Below, piece after piece: positions 21,189 to 30,626 of a DNA stretch of 64,000 nucleotides. Below the pieces are notes generated by a model. The model did not search any database and was not told the DNA's origin. It saw only the letters and a program-made list of their open reading frames with translations. The stretch is from NCBI GenBank assembly GCA_963728665.1, contig CAVSLG010000018.1, positions 134,431 through 198,430 on the forward strand. Reading direction: 5' to 3'. The stretch is from an uncultured Actinomycetes bacterium. GTDB taxonomy: Bacteria; Actinomycetota; UBA4738; HRBIN12. The translations under genes were made by a program, and so were the position numbers. Every line of letters begins with the position of its first letter. The first letter of the stretch is position 1.

Positions 21189-23216
21189 TCAGATCTCCTG
21201 TTCCTGGCTGGCCTGCAGAACGGTACCGCCGACGGTGGTCGCCACCACATCGAACCGCCACGACCCAGCATCGGTCTGGACCGGCGCCGCGAAGTGTCCC
21301 GGGGTGAGCCGCGTGACGTCGAGCGCCTCGGTCCTCGCGTCCGGCCCGGTCGCGACGACCACGAGCCCGGAGAGCTCGAGCTCCTCGCCCTTGGGGTCGA
21401 AGGCCGTCACGTGGAACTCGTTCGTGCCGGGAGCGCCGGGATCGAGGTAGAGCTGGAGTTGCTCGCCCGTGGACATCGTGACCGTCTCGATGTCGGGCAG
21501 GTCGCCGGAGCCCTGGGCCACGACGCTGGTCGTCGGGGGGGCGCGCGTGACGAGCACGAGCGGCACCTCGGTCGTGCGCGCCCCCGATCGCACCTGGACC
21601 ACCAAGTCCCAGGCGCCGGCGAGCGAGAGCTGCGTGCCTGCGCCCTTCCACACCGACGGGGCGCCGCCATCCGCAGGCTCGCCGGGCTCCATGGGGAGGG
21701 TCGTCGGCTCGATCTCGGGTCGTCCGATCGCCGCCATCAGCACCGTGACCTCGTCGGCCTGGACGGGGGTTCCCTCGTCGTAGTCGACGATGCGAGCCTC
21801 GAACGTGTTCGGGCCGGCGCTGCCGGGCTCGGCCGTGAACGTCACACGCGTGGTCGTGGCGAAGTCCGCGCCCGTCGCCGAGATCGACGGTGTGGCGGGC
21901 TCGGAGGGCCTGCCGGCGGCGGGATCGGGGTTGAGGCTCGTCAGGACCCCGGTCAGGCCGAGGACGCCGAGGGCGGCGACGAGTTCGATCGCGACCACCT
22001 GGCGCAGCAACGTGCCGTCTCGCTCGAGGCGCGGGATCGAGCGACGGCGATTGAGGGCGCCGAGGCCGATCAGCAGGAGCGCGATCGAGACCTTCACGAT
22101 GAGCGTCGTGCCGTAGCTCGTGCCGGTGAGCATCGCCCGCACGTCGTCGATGCCTCCGGCCTCCCCGACGGTGCGCGCGATGCCGGTGAGCACGACGGCG
22201 AGCAGCGCCCAGCCGGCGATGCGCGAGAACCGGGTCACCTCGGCGACGGGAGCGGGCGCCCCGGCGACGCGGCGCTCCCGCACGAGCAGCAGCAGCGGCA
22301 ACAGCCCGCCGATCCACACCCCGATCGCCAGGAAGTGCACCCACTGCGCGATCTCCGCCGGCAACGCGGGCACGAGCGCGGCCGCATGGCCGCTCGTGGC
22401 GCGCACGAGCATCGCCGCCGCGGCCGACAGGCCGAGGGCGACGAGCGGGGCGCGGCCCGAGCCGCGGCTCGCGACGAACGATGCGACGAGGGTCACCGCG
22501 GTGGTGCCGAGCAGCCAGACGTAGGAGCGCCCGGCCGACGACGAGAGCAGGTCGCCGACCGAGGCGCCGACGACGTCGGCCTCCGCGATCGTCATCGCGA
22601 CCGCCCCCACGAACGCCGATGTGCCGGCGAGCGGGAGCAGCAGTCGTCGCGCCGGTACCACGCCGCCGAACGCCAGGAGTCCGGTGACCGTGGCCCCGAT
22701 CGCCACCGCCAGGCCGGCGTAGAGCAGCACCTTGCCCGCGACCGCGAGGGGCGATGGGGAGGGGGTCGACGGCCCAGCCGCCTCGGGCGCGGCGGCGACC
22801 TCGCCCGAGGTCGCGCCCACGCCGAACGCGAACGCTCCCGCGGTGAGGTGGCCGTCGGCGGTCGAGACGACGCGCCACGAGACCGTGTAGACGCCGTCGC
22901 CGAGGTCGCTCGGCAGCGCGACCTCGAGGGATCGAGGCGCCGAGCCTCGCTCGAGCGTCCCCGTCTCGATCCCGGTGCCCTGCGCGTCGAGCACGGTCAC
23001 CGAGGACAGGTCGGTGTCGGGCGGCTCGGTGAACGACATCGTGACCGACGCAGGTGCCGACGCGAGCACCTCGCCGGCAGCGGGGTCCGACGACTCGAGA
23101 CCGGCGTGCGCAGACGCGGCGGCCGCGAGCGTCACGAGCATCGCGACGCCGATCGCGCCGGATGCGATCGCGCGCGCGAAGGGATGGCGCACCGTGCCCG
23201 AGCCCGACGTGGTCAT
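21189..23216 (-). CDS. CopC-CopD fusion copper resistance/uptake protein with C-terminal Ig-like domains
   Basis: ASA-HAGLESSDPA N-terminal His, WRVVSTADGH, SGHAA, HFLAIGVWIGGL, YGTTLIVK. Confidence 0.9.
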   Translation of the reverse strand: MTTSGSGTVRHPFARAIASGAIGVAMLVTLAAAASAHAGLESSDPAAGEVLASAPASVTMSFTEPPDTDLSSVTVLDAQGTGIETGTLERGSAPRSLEVALPSDLGDGVYTVSWRVVSTADGHLTAGAFAFGVGATSGEVAAAPEAAGPSTPSPSPLAVAGKVLLYAGLAVAIGATVTGLLAFGGVVPARRLLLPLAGTSAFVGAVAMTIAEADVVGASVGDLLSSSAGRSYVWLLGTTAVTLVASFVASRGSGRAPLVALGLSAAAAMLVRATSGHAAALVPALPAEIAQWVHFLAIGVWIGGLLPLLLLVRERRVAGAPAPVAEVTRFSRIAGWALLAVVLTGIARTVGEAGGIDDVRAMLTGTSYGTTLIVKVSIALLLIGLGALNRRRSIPRLERDGTLLRQVVAIELVAALGVLGLTGVLTSLNPDPAAGRPSEPATPSISATGADFATTTRVTFTAEPGSAGPNTFEARIVDYDEGTPVQADEVTVLMAAIGRPEIEPTTLPMEPGEPADGGAPSVWKGAGTQLSLAGAWDLVVQVRSGARTTEVPLVLVTRAPPTTSVVAQGSGDLPDIETVTMSTGEQLQLYLDPGAPGTNEFHVTAFDPKGEELELSGLVVVATGPDARTEALDVTRLTPGHFAAPVQTDAGSWRFDVVATTVGGTVLQASQEQEI

Positions 23217-23791
23217 CGCGCCTCCGTCTCGAACCGCACGACCGCCGTGACCCGCGGGTCGAAGGGGGCATGGTCGGCGGCCACGTACTCGGCCTGCAGC
23301 GTATGTGACCCGGGGCCGACGCCACGCAGGTCCACCACCTGCACGAGCCCGTAGGTCATCGACACGAGCTGCCCGTCGAGCACGAGGTGCACATGGCCGG
23401 TGTCGGGGGAGAGCTCGCTGCTCGTGTCCTCGACGATGCGACCACCCTGCAGATCGAGCACCACCTCGACCTCGTCGTCGCTCACGACCTGGCCGTCGGT
23501 CGGGGCCGCGAACGCGAGGGCGGCGGTCGACGCGGGCCGTGGCCCCGTCTCGGCCGCCGCCGAACCCGGCGATGGGGCGGGTGTCGGTGGGAACAGCGCC
23601 CTCGGGACGACCGCGGCCGACACGGCGAGCGCCCCCGCGACGACGAGCAGTCCCGGGCCGGCCCAGTCGGGCAGGCGGGGGAACCCCTTCCCCTTCAGGC
23701 GGGACCACCCCACCCACCCGACCCAGAGCGCGGCGAACAGCAAGACGACCGAGAGAGACTCGTCGACCGACCCCTGATGGGCGAGCATCAC
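23213..23791 (-). CDS. Membrane-anchored His-motif protein, paralog of 20744-21187
   Basis: Two TM, then TGHVHLVLDG..GSHTLQAEYVAADHAPFDPRV. Confidence 0.7.
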   Translation of the reverse strand: MMLAHQGSVDESLSVVLLFAALWVGWVGWSRLKGKGFPRLPDWAGPGLLVVAGALAVSAAVVPRALFPPTPAPSPGSAAAETGPRPASTAALAFAAPTDGQVVSDDEVEVVLDLQGGRIVEDTSSELSPDTGHVHLVLDGQLVSMTYGLVQVVDLRGVGPGSHTLQAEYVAADHAPFDPRVTAVVRFETEAR

Positions 23792-23806
23792 CGTGGCCTC
23801 GGGTCC

Positions 23807-24500
23807 TCAGGCGGACCTTCCGACGCCCCATCGCCAATGCCGCGATCGCGACGATGATGCCGATCGCGCCGAGGACGATGCCGACCATGCCCACGGTGCG
23901 TGCGCTCGACGCGGCGTCCTCGGCCGATGCGGCAGCCGCCTCGGCTGCGGCGACCCCGTCGGCGCTGCGCGTCGCTTCCTCGTCCACGCGCGTGGCGAGC
24001 TCCTCGTTCGAGGGGGCGTCGACCGCGGGGAAGGACACGGCCGCCACATCCTCGACCACCGAGAAGGTGTCGGGCCCCGAGGTCATCTCCTCGTCGACCT
24101 CTTCACCGTCGATCGTGCCGGTGAAGTGGAACGTGTACTTGCCGGGCTGCGACGGCACGAAGTCGGCCCGGTACTCGCCCGGTTCGCCGAAGACGAGCTC
24201 GCCGCCCTCGAAGAAGAACCACGGTTCCATGTCCATGGGCTCCGAGGTCTCGTCGCCGTAGGTGACCTCGACCTGGATGTCGCCGGGCTTCAGGTCGTTG
24301 ACGGGCTCACCGTCGTGCTCGACGTGCAGCTGCGCTGCGTTGGGCAGCCCCGCGTAGGCTGGCTCGTCGGCGAAGCCGATCGTGAGGACGAGGTCGCCCT
24401 CGCCGGCCTCGCCGTGAGCGAGGACCGGCGAAGACGGCAGCAGGATCAGTCCGGCGACGGTCGCGCCGAGCGCGACGCGTGCCAAGGTGGAACGACGCAT
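23807..24500 (-). CDS. Secreted protein with mature N-terminal His and C-terminal TM anchor (stop apparently lost by a 1-nt indel)
   Basis: VLA-HG signal cleavage, IGFADEPAYAG, PGKYTFHFTG, TM then RRK; TGA at 23807 lies in the adjacent frame. Confidence 0.7.
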
Positions 24501-24569
24501 TGGTGCTCCTTCCCGAGATGCGGAGACACGCCGCTCGCGGGTGCGGGCCGGCGTGTGAAGCGGAACGGC

Positions 24570-25148
24570 TCAGGGGAGGGAGGGAGGAGCCCGGCTCGCG
24601 GCCGCTCGCATCGACGGGCGGCCCGGGGAGACGAACGGAACCGCCGCCACGGTGACCAGCGGACGGGGGACGTGGAGGGGGGCGACGCCGGAACGTGAGT
24701 CGGCCTCCTCGGCGACCCGGTCGGTCGCCCGAAGCACGAAGGCGCCGGCGACGGCCATGGCGACCTGCACCGTGATGCCGATCGCGAGCAGGGTCCCCTG
24801 GGCGAGGTCGTGGAGCGATGCCCCTGACGCGAGCCGCTCGCCGACCTCCATCGCGACGAACGTGATCGACTGCACCGCAGCAAGGACGACCGCATCGAAC
24901 ACGAACGAGCCGCGGCCCTCACGGTGGGAGAACCGGGCGAGGAACAACGCCACCAGCCCGATCGCACCCGCGAGCAGCGCGACCTGCGTCGCGTACGGCA
25001 GGTAGCCGTGCCCTGTGGCATGCAGGAGCTCCTCACGCGCGTGGGCGTGTGGCGTGCCGAGTGCGTAGGCGACCCAGTGCCCGAGCACGAGCCCGGCACC
25101 GGCGACGCCTGCCGTGGCCACGGTGCGTCGAGGATGCGTACCCCTCAT
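24570..25148 (-). CDS. His-rich membrane protein heading the copper operon
   Basis: GHWVAY..HAHAREELLHATGHGY, four TM, RAPP C-terminus; TACAAT -10 box before ATG. Confidence 0.7.
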   Translation of the reverse strand: MRGTHPRRTVATAGVAGAGLVLGHWVAYALGTPHAHAREELLHATGHGYLPYATQVALLAGAIGLVALFLARFSHREGRGSFVFDAVVLAAVQSITFVAMEVGERLASGASLHDLAQGTLLAIGITVQVAMAVAGAFVLRATDRVAEEADSRSGVAPLHVPRPLVTVAAVPFVSPGRPSMRAAASRAPPSLP

Positions 25149-25195
25149 CGCGTCGATTGTAGTGTTGGCGCCGACATCCGAGGGAGCGGGGGACG

Positions 25196-26056
25196 ATGGA
25201 GGCCAGGGACGTTCGCACGGTCGGGGTCGTCGGGTGCGGCCTCATGGGCTCGGGCATCGTCGAGGTCGTCGCCCGCATCGGCGTCGACGTCGTCTACCTG
25301 GAGCCGAGCGACGGGCTCGTCGAGGCCGGCCGGGAGCGCATCGAGACCTCGACCGGCCGCGCCCTCGAGCGCGGCAAGCTCACCGCCGAGGACCGCGACG
25401 CCATCCTGGGCCGCATCAGCGGCTCGACCGAGATCGCCGCGTTCGCGGGCGTCGACCTCGTGATCGAGGCCGCGACCGAGGATCCCGAGATCAAGCTCGA
25501 GACGTTCCGGACGCTGGACGAGGTCACGCGCGACGAGGTCGTGCTCGGCTCGAACACGTCGTCGATCCCGATCGCGACGCTCGGTGCAGTCACCGCTCGG
25601 CCGGACCGTGTGATCGGCATGCACTTCTTCAACCCGCCGCCGGTGATGGGGCTGGTGGAGCTCACCCCGTCCCTCTCGACCAGCGAGGAGACCGTCGCGT
25701 TCGCGCGAGGGTTCGGCGAGCGGCTCGGCAAGACCGTGGTCGTGGCGAAGGACCACGCCGGCTTCATCGTGAACCGGCTGGTGATCCCGTACCTGTGCGC
25801 GGCGATCCGGCTGCTCGACGAGGGTTTCGCGAGCCGCGAGGACATCGACACCGCGATGACGCTCGGCATGAACCACCCGATGGGGCCGCTGCGCCTCGCC
25901 GACTTCATCGGGCTCGACACCGTGTTGCAGATCGCCGAGGTGCTGCACGCCGAGTTCCGCGATCCGTCGTATGCGCCCCCGCCGAGGCTCCAGCGCATGG
26001 TCGACGCGGGACACCTGGGCCGCAAGAGCGGTCGCGGCTTCTACGACTACGGGTGA
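25196..26056 (+). CDS. 3-hydroxybutyryl-CoA dehydrogenase
   Basis: GCGLMGSG, SNTSS, GMHFFNP, GFIVNR, HPMGP, GRKSGRGFY. Confidence 0.95.
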   Translation: MEARDVRTVGVVGCGLMGSGIVEVVARIGVDVVYLEPSDGLVEAGRERIETSTGRALERGKLTAEDRDAILGRISGSTEIAAFAGVDLVIEAATEDPEIKLETFRTLDEVTRDEVVLGSNTSSIPIATLGAVTARPDRVIGMHFFNPPPVMGLVELTPSLSTSEETVAFARGFGERLGKTVVVAKDHAGFIVNRLVIPYLCAAIRLLDEGFASREDIDTAMTLGMNHPMGPLRLADFIGLDTVLQIAEVLHAEFRDPSYAPPPRLQRMVDAGHLGRKSGRGFYDYG

Positions 26057-26082
26057 GCGAGGTTCCCTGAGGTCGAGCGTGC

Positions 26083-26727
26083 TCAGTCGTCGCCGCCACA
26101 CCCTCCGATCCTGATGTGGTACGTGCCGCTGAACACCTCGTCGGGAACGCCGAAGTCGACGGCGGACTCGATCACGTGGCGTCCGCATCCCTGTGTCGGG
26201 ATCGTCAGGAACGTGCCGGTGAGCGACGTGCGGATCGGGCCGGTTCCGACGCCGATCGCGTCGAGGAAGCTGCCAGATCGCGACCTGATCGTGAACGCGC
26301 CGAGGTTGAAGGTCTTGCCACTGGTTCCGACACGGTCGCCGTCGAACTTCACCCACGAGGAAACCGGCGCGAATCCTGCGTCGGCCGCGGCGACCAGTTC
26401 CGCGTCCGTCGTGCCGTCGGCGGGGCTGAACGTGAACCAGGCCGCGTGGGAGAAAACGATCGGTGTGTCCGCCGGCACGTCGCACCACAGCTCGAGGTCC
26501 TCGGCGATCGGGGGAGCGATGAAGAAGCGACCGTCGACGACCGCGCCGCACGCTCCTTCGAGTGACGCGAGGAGCGGGCTCGGGCTCGAGCCGAGCGCCC
26601 ACCTGCTGTACTCCCGTGCTCGGAACTGGTGCGTCCGGTGGATGCCGGCGACGCCTGCACGAGCCGGCATCGTGGCTACCATCAGGAGCGAGACCATCAG
26701 AGCGAGGAATGAGATCCGCCGAACCAT
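26083..26727 (-). CDS. Secreted Cys-containing hypothetical protein (paralog of 32961-33641)
   Basis: Signal peptide; RWALGSSPSPLL..C..FF..CDVPADTPIVF. Confidence 0.65.
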   Translation of the reverse strand: MVRRISFLALMVSLLMVATMPARAGVAGIHRTHQFRAREYSRWALGSSPSPLLASLEGACGAVVDGRFFIAPPIAEDLELWCDVPADTPIVFSHAAWFTFSPADGTTDAELVAAADAGFAPVSSWVKFDGDRVGTSGKTFNLGAFTIRSRSGSFLDAIGVGTGPIRTSLTGTFLTIPTQGCGRHVIESAVDFGVPDEVFSGTYHIRIGGCGGDD

Positions 26728-26874
26728 CGCGTCCCCCATTAGTGGGTGCGGTTGGCGGGCAGCCGCTGGCGACCCTACCCCCGGGCGCACTTCTGCGCAA
26801 CCCCCACACGCACGAGGGCGACCCCCGATCGGGAGCCGCGGTGCATGGCGTGCGCCGCGCTGTACGCGGGTTGC

Positions 26875-27070
26875 CTACGAAGTGAGTGCGGTGTCGCCCT
26901 CGAGCCAGCGATCGACGTCGGCGACCCATCGCGCCGCGCCGAGCTCGGCGAACCGCGTTCGTGCCTGCATCAGCGGCGTCGTGGCAACGTCGGTCTTCCC
27001 GAGCGCCAGAGCGCCCGCCCGAGCCCTGCGCGTGCATGTGCGGCCTCGACGACACATCCGCCCGCCGACG
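26875..27070 (-). pseudogene. 3' remnant of a STAND/cyclase-type TPR protein
   Basis: Across one frameshift: CVVEAAHARAGLGRAL/LALGKTDVATTPLMQARTRFAELGAARWVADVDRWL..TALTS*; no upstream body. Confidence 0.6.
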
Positions 27071-27197
27071 GCATCACCGGCTCGGTGCTCACGAGGGTCG
27101 GCGCCTGGACGACCCTACCTTGGGCGAGCCGGTGTTCACTCCGTGAACGAAACGGACCCGCCTTGCAGCGCGCGCGTTGTCCTGTAAGGCTTCGCTC

Positions 27198-27890
27198 GTG
27201 ACGACCAAGGACAACGCCGCGTTGCTGGCGAACTCGGCGTTGTTCGTCGACCTCGCGCCGAAGGCGCTCGAGTTCCTGGCCGAACGCGCCATCCGACTCG
27301 ACCTCGAGCGTGGTCACACGATCTTCCACCAGCGGGACGAGGGCGACACGCTCTACGTGATCGCGGATGGCCTCGTGAAGGTGTGGGTCTCGTCGGGGGA
27401 GGGCGGTGAGATGGTGCTCGCGACGTTGCGGAGTCCCGATGCGTTCGGGGAGCTCTCAGCCGTCGACGGGCGGCCTCGATCCGCCTCGGCGACGACCCTC
27501 GAGCCGACGACGCTCGTCGCGGTCGACCGGGCCACGCTCCTGGACGCGGTGCACCACCACCCCGGAGTGGCCGACGGCATGTTGAGCGCCCTCGGAGGTC
27601 TCGCCCGTCGGATCACCGAGCAGACGTCGGACCTCGTCTTCCTCGACCTGGCGGGGCGGCTCGCGAAGACGCTCGCGACGCTCGCCGACCGCGACGGCAC
27701 GGTCGAGGGCGACACGGTCGTGTTGGAGCTGCCGCTCACCCAGACCGAGCTGGCCGAGATGGTCGGCGGATCGCGCCAGAGCGTGAACCAGAGCCTGAGG
27801 ATGTTCCAGACCCGCGGCTTCCTCGAGCTGCGCGGGCGCGAGGTCGTGATCTTGGACCTCGACGCGCTTCGCCGCCGCGGTTCTCGCTGA
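27198..27890 (+). CDS. Crp/Fnr family transcriptional regulator with intact cNMP pocket
   Basis: FGELSAVDGRPRSASA phosphate-binding cassette; LTQTELAEMVGGSRQSVNQ HTH. Confidence 0.93.
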   Translation: MTTKDNAALLANSALFVDLAPKALEFLAERAIRLDLERGHTIFHQRDEGDTLYVIADGLVKVWVSSGEGGEMVLATLRSPDAFGELSAVDGRPRSASATTLEPTTLVAVDRATLLDAVHHHPGVADGMLSALGGLARRITEQTSDLVFLDLAGRLAKTLATLADRDGTVEGDTVVLELPLTQTELAEMVGGSRQSVNQSLRMFQTRGFLELRGREVVILDLDALRRRGSR

Positions 27891-27928
27891 GCGGCGCCCG
27901 GTCGGGCGTCCGGAGCCGGTGAGCTCGT

Positions 27929-28834
27929 TCAGGAAGGTGCGCCGTCGAGGAGCGCCTGCACGCCGGCCTCGTCGAGCTCGACCTGGCCGTCGGCCACGAC
28001 CCTTCGCAGGAGCTCCGCCCAGCCCGGCCCGGCGGCATGGGCCACGGACACGGTTCGGCGGGCGTCGTCGAGGCGGCCGGCCTGGGCCATCGCGACCGCG
28101 GCCCAGAACGCGAGCTCGGGGTGGTCGGGTTGGATCTCGAGCGACGTGAGCCGTTCGCGCATCGCGCCGTCGACGTCCTCGGCGAGCTCGAGCTCTTCGG
28201 CGCGCTCGGCGTGACCGTAGGCCCGCCACAGCCGCACGACCCGGGCGAGCTCGTCCACGGGTGTCGCGTGATCCTCGACGCGCAGGTCGAGCAGCCGGTC
28301 TCCCCACTCTGTGCCGGTCGACGCCGCCTCCACGACGAGGATCGCGGCCGACTGCATGCCGCGGATGTCACCGCCCTCGTCCTGGCCGGCCGCCAGGGCA
28401 GCCAGCAGCCGATCGGGCAGGTCGCCCTCGGCGCCGCGATACGCGGAGGCCATCGCCTCCCACACCGTGTCGCGCTCCATCATGTTCGCCTGCACCGAGA
28501 AGCCGTCGCCGGCGAGATGCCCGAACTCGCGGATGCAGTCCTCGCCCGTGTGGACCCCGATGTGGCCCCGGGCGTCGACGAACGCGACCTGGCGCACGGC
28601 TCGATCCGCGTCGGCACGCACGAGCGTCTCGAGCGCCTCGGGGGCGCTGCGCCCTCGCCGCATCAGCTCCAGGCCGAGCGGGCCGTACGAGCGTTCGGCG
28701 AAGGATTGGGTCGCGACCGCGCCGACGCCGGCTTCAGCCCACGAGACGACGCTCCCGACGGAGAACCAGTGCGACTGCACGGCGACCCCGAGGCGTCCGG
28801 TCTCGGGATCGCGAGCCACGATCGAGTAGGTCAT
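27929..28834 (-). CDS. DUF1028 Ntn-hydrolase-like protein with C-terminal TPR-like helices
   Basis: MTYSIVARD..GVAVQS..GAVATQS, GGDIRGMQSAA, DLRVEDH; GGGAGG RBS. Confidence 0.88.
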   Translation of the reverse strand: MTYSIVARDPETGRLGVAVQSHWFSVGSVVSWAEAGVGAVATQSFAERSYGPLGLELMRRGRSAPEALETLVRADADRAVRQVAFVDARGHIGVHTGEDCIREFGHLAGDGFSVQANMMERDTVWEAMASAYRGAEGDLPDRLLAALAAGQDEGGDIRGMQSAAILVVEAASTGTEWGDRLLDLRVEDHATPVDELARVVRLWRAYGHAERAEELELAEDVDGAMRERLTSLEIQPDHPELAFWAAVAMAQAGRLDDARRTVSVAHAAGPGWAELLRRVVADGQVELDEAGVQALLDGAPS

Positions 28835-28867
28835 CGTCGGTGCCTCCCTAATCGTCAGGCCTGGTCG

Positions 28868-29686
28868 TCAGGCGCCCGACCGCACGTTCCGCGCGAGCGC
28901 CATCAACACGGTCTTGGCCTGGAACGGCGTGAGCTCAGGGTGCTTGGCGAGGATCAGCGTCAAGGCACCCGCGATGTGCGGTGCAGCGAATGAGTTCCCG
29001 GTCGCGACGATCGTCTTGCCGTCGAGCCACGGCACCTCGACGTCGATGCCGGGGGCACCCCACTCAGCGGGGGGCCTCGGGTTGTAGTCGAACGCCAAGG
29101 GGTCGTCGACGTCTTCGTGCGAGGCGACCGAGAACACCGACGAGTATTCGGCCGGGAAGCTCGGTCCCGGCATGTTGTTGATCGCGCACACGAGCATCAC
29201 GCGACGGAACGCCGCCTCGTCGGCGATGCGATGGAATACCGAGTAGTAGTCGCGCTTGCCGGTCGACAGCGACAGGTTGATCACCCGCATGTCGTTGCGC
29301 AGCGCCCATCGCAGCCCCGCAGCGAACACGAACCCCTTGCCCGTGAGCTTGGGCCCGAGCACCCGCACGCTGTGGATCTCGCAATCGGGCGCCATCTTCC
29401 GGATGACGCCCGCGCACGCCGTGCCATGGCCGAACAGATCCTCGTGCGGTCCCTCGGTGAAGCGCACGTTCCCGGGGGCATCGGGGTCGTAGTCGACCGC
29501 GACCGCGCCCTGGACGCTGCCGACCCACGGGTGATCTGCGTCGACACCCGAGTCGACGACCGCGACCTTGATCCCGGCGCCGGTGCTGTCACCCCACGCC
29601 CACGCAGGCGTGATCTCGTGAGGCAGGTCGACGTCGACCTGCTGCAGCGCGCCCGGCTGGAAGGCCCACGACCACGCCGGACGCAC
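28868..29686 (-). CDS. Compact cytoplasmic S8 (subtilisin-like) serine peptidase
   Basis: VVDSG (Asp), HGTACAG (His), GNSFAAP (Ser), INN oxyanion region; no signal peptide. Confidence 0.92.
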   Translation of the reverse strand: MRPAWSWAFQPGALQQVDVDLPHEITPAWAWGDSTGAGIKVAVVDSGVDADHPWVGSVQGAVAVDYDPDAPGNVRFTEGPHEDLFGHGTACAGVIRKMAPDCEIHSVRVLGPKLTGKGFVFAAGLRWALRNDMRVINLSLSTGKRDYYSVFHRIADEAAFRRVMLVCAINNMPGPSFPAEYSSVFSVASHEDVDDPLAFDYNPRPPAEWGAPGIDVEVPWLDGKTIVATGNSFAAPHIAGALTLILAKHPELTPFQAKTVLMALARNVRSGA

Positions 29687-29687
29687 G

Positions 29688-30461
29688 CTACTCCCGGTTC
29701 CCCTGCGCGTACGTCAGGAACGTGTACAGCATGTCGGTCGCCGCCTGACGCTCCTTGGGGCCGAGCGACCCGATCTCGGAGAACAGATCGAGCAGCTCCG
29801 CCATCTCGCGCGCCGGCCCTCGAGCCTTCTCCGCGATGCGTTCGAGCGCCGCCGTGAGGTCGCCCTCCTCCGCAGCGATCGACGCCGCCTTGAAGATCAC
29901 GCGCCCGAGCGTGCGGAACATGCGTGTCGTCTCGATCGTGACGGCGGCCTGCCGGGCGAGGGTCGAGACGAGCCGGGACTCGTCGTGCGCGTCAGCCCGG
30001 CCCTCGGGAGCGTCGAGGATCTCCATCACGCCCATCGCCCCGGCGTCGGTCTCGAGCGGGATCGCGAAGACCGTCGACGGCGTGTATCCGGTCGCCGCGG
30101 CGATGTCGCTGGCGAACCGTGGATCGCTCGGCGCGTCGGAGATCGTGATCGATTGTCCCGACGAGAGGGCCCATCCGGCGATGCCCTTGCCGGCGTCCAT
30201 CTCCATGCCGACGACCTGGTCGCCGGCGGCGCCCGAGGCGGCCACGAAGGTGAGCGTCTCGCGGTGGGGATCGAACACCGCGATCGACGCGGCATCCGCG
30301 CCCGTGATCTCCCGCACGGTCTCGACGATCCAGTCGAGCAGCTCCCGGTACCCGGGGGGCTCGATCGCTGGGCCGAGGTCCGACGCCGCCCGCGCGAGCA
30401 CGGCGAAGTGACCGTCGGGGTCCGGCGAGGGTTCTCTCATCGTCGAGCCATCGTCGCTCAT
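29688..30461 (-). CDS. Stand-alone GAF domain protein
   Basis: ADAASIA..LTFVAASG..GKGIAGW..DPRF..AIPL..MGVMEIL; TAGCAT -10 box before ATG; 1 nt from the S8 start. Confidence 0.88.
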   Translation of the reverse strand: MSDDGSTMREPSPDPDGHFAVLARAASDLGPAIEPPGYRELLDWIVETVREITGADAASIAVFDPHRETLTFVAASGAAGDQVVGMEMDAGKGIAGWALSSGQSITISDAPSDPRFASDIAAATGYTPSTVFAIPLETDAGAMGVMEILDAPEGRADAHDESRLVSTLARQAAVTIETTRMFRTLGRVIFKAASIAAEEGDLTAALERIAEKARGPAREMAELLDLFSEIGSLGPKERQAATDMLYTFLTYAQGNRE

Positions 30462-30505
30462 CGCCGCGGATGCTACCCGCACCGGCGTCCAGGCGCGACA
30501 TAAGG

Positions 30506-30544
30506 TGTCGGCAACATGACAGCCTGGAAGTCGCCTGCATGACA
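30506..30544. promoter_or_regulatory. Two tandem Crp-family-type boxes (TGTCG-N6-TGACA; AGTCG-N6-TGACA)
   Basis: 16-bp pseudo-palindromes at 30506-30521 and 30529-30544 in the divergent GAF/repeat-gene promoter. Confidence 0.55.
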
Positions 30545-30626
30545 CTCATCAGGACTTGCGTGGTCGATGATGCAGGGGTCAGGATGAGCCCCAGACCAGA
30601 GGGCTCCCACCAGAAGGAGGTCCGGG

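Noticed and set aside
21189-24500. 1103-aa fusion ORF of a secreted protein with CopC-CopD
   Set aside because: The middle part is off-frame read-through across the real gene 23213-23791. Removing one A near 23819 restores a stop at 23807.
27134-27148. GTTCAC-tcc-GTGAAC palindrome upstream of Crp as an SOS box
   Set aside because: Orientation and spacing do not match the actinobacterial LexA box (CGAAC-N4-GTTCG). It is a single short instance, so unassigned.
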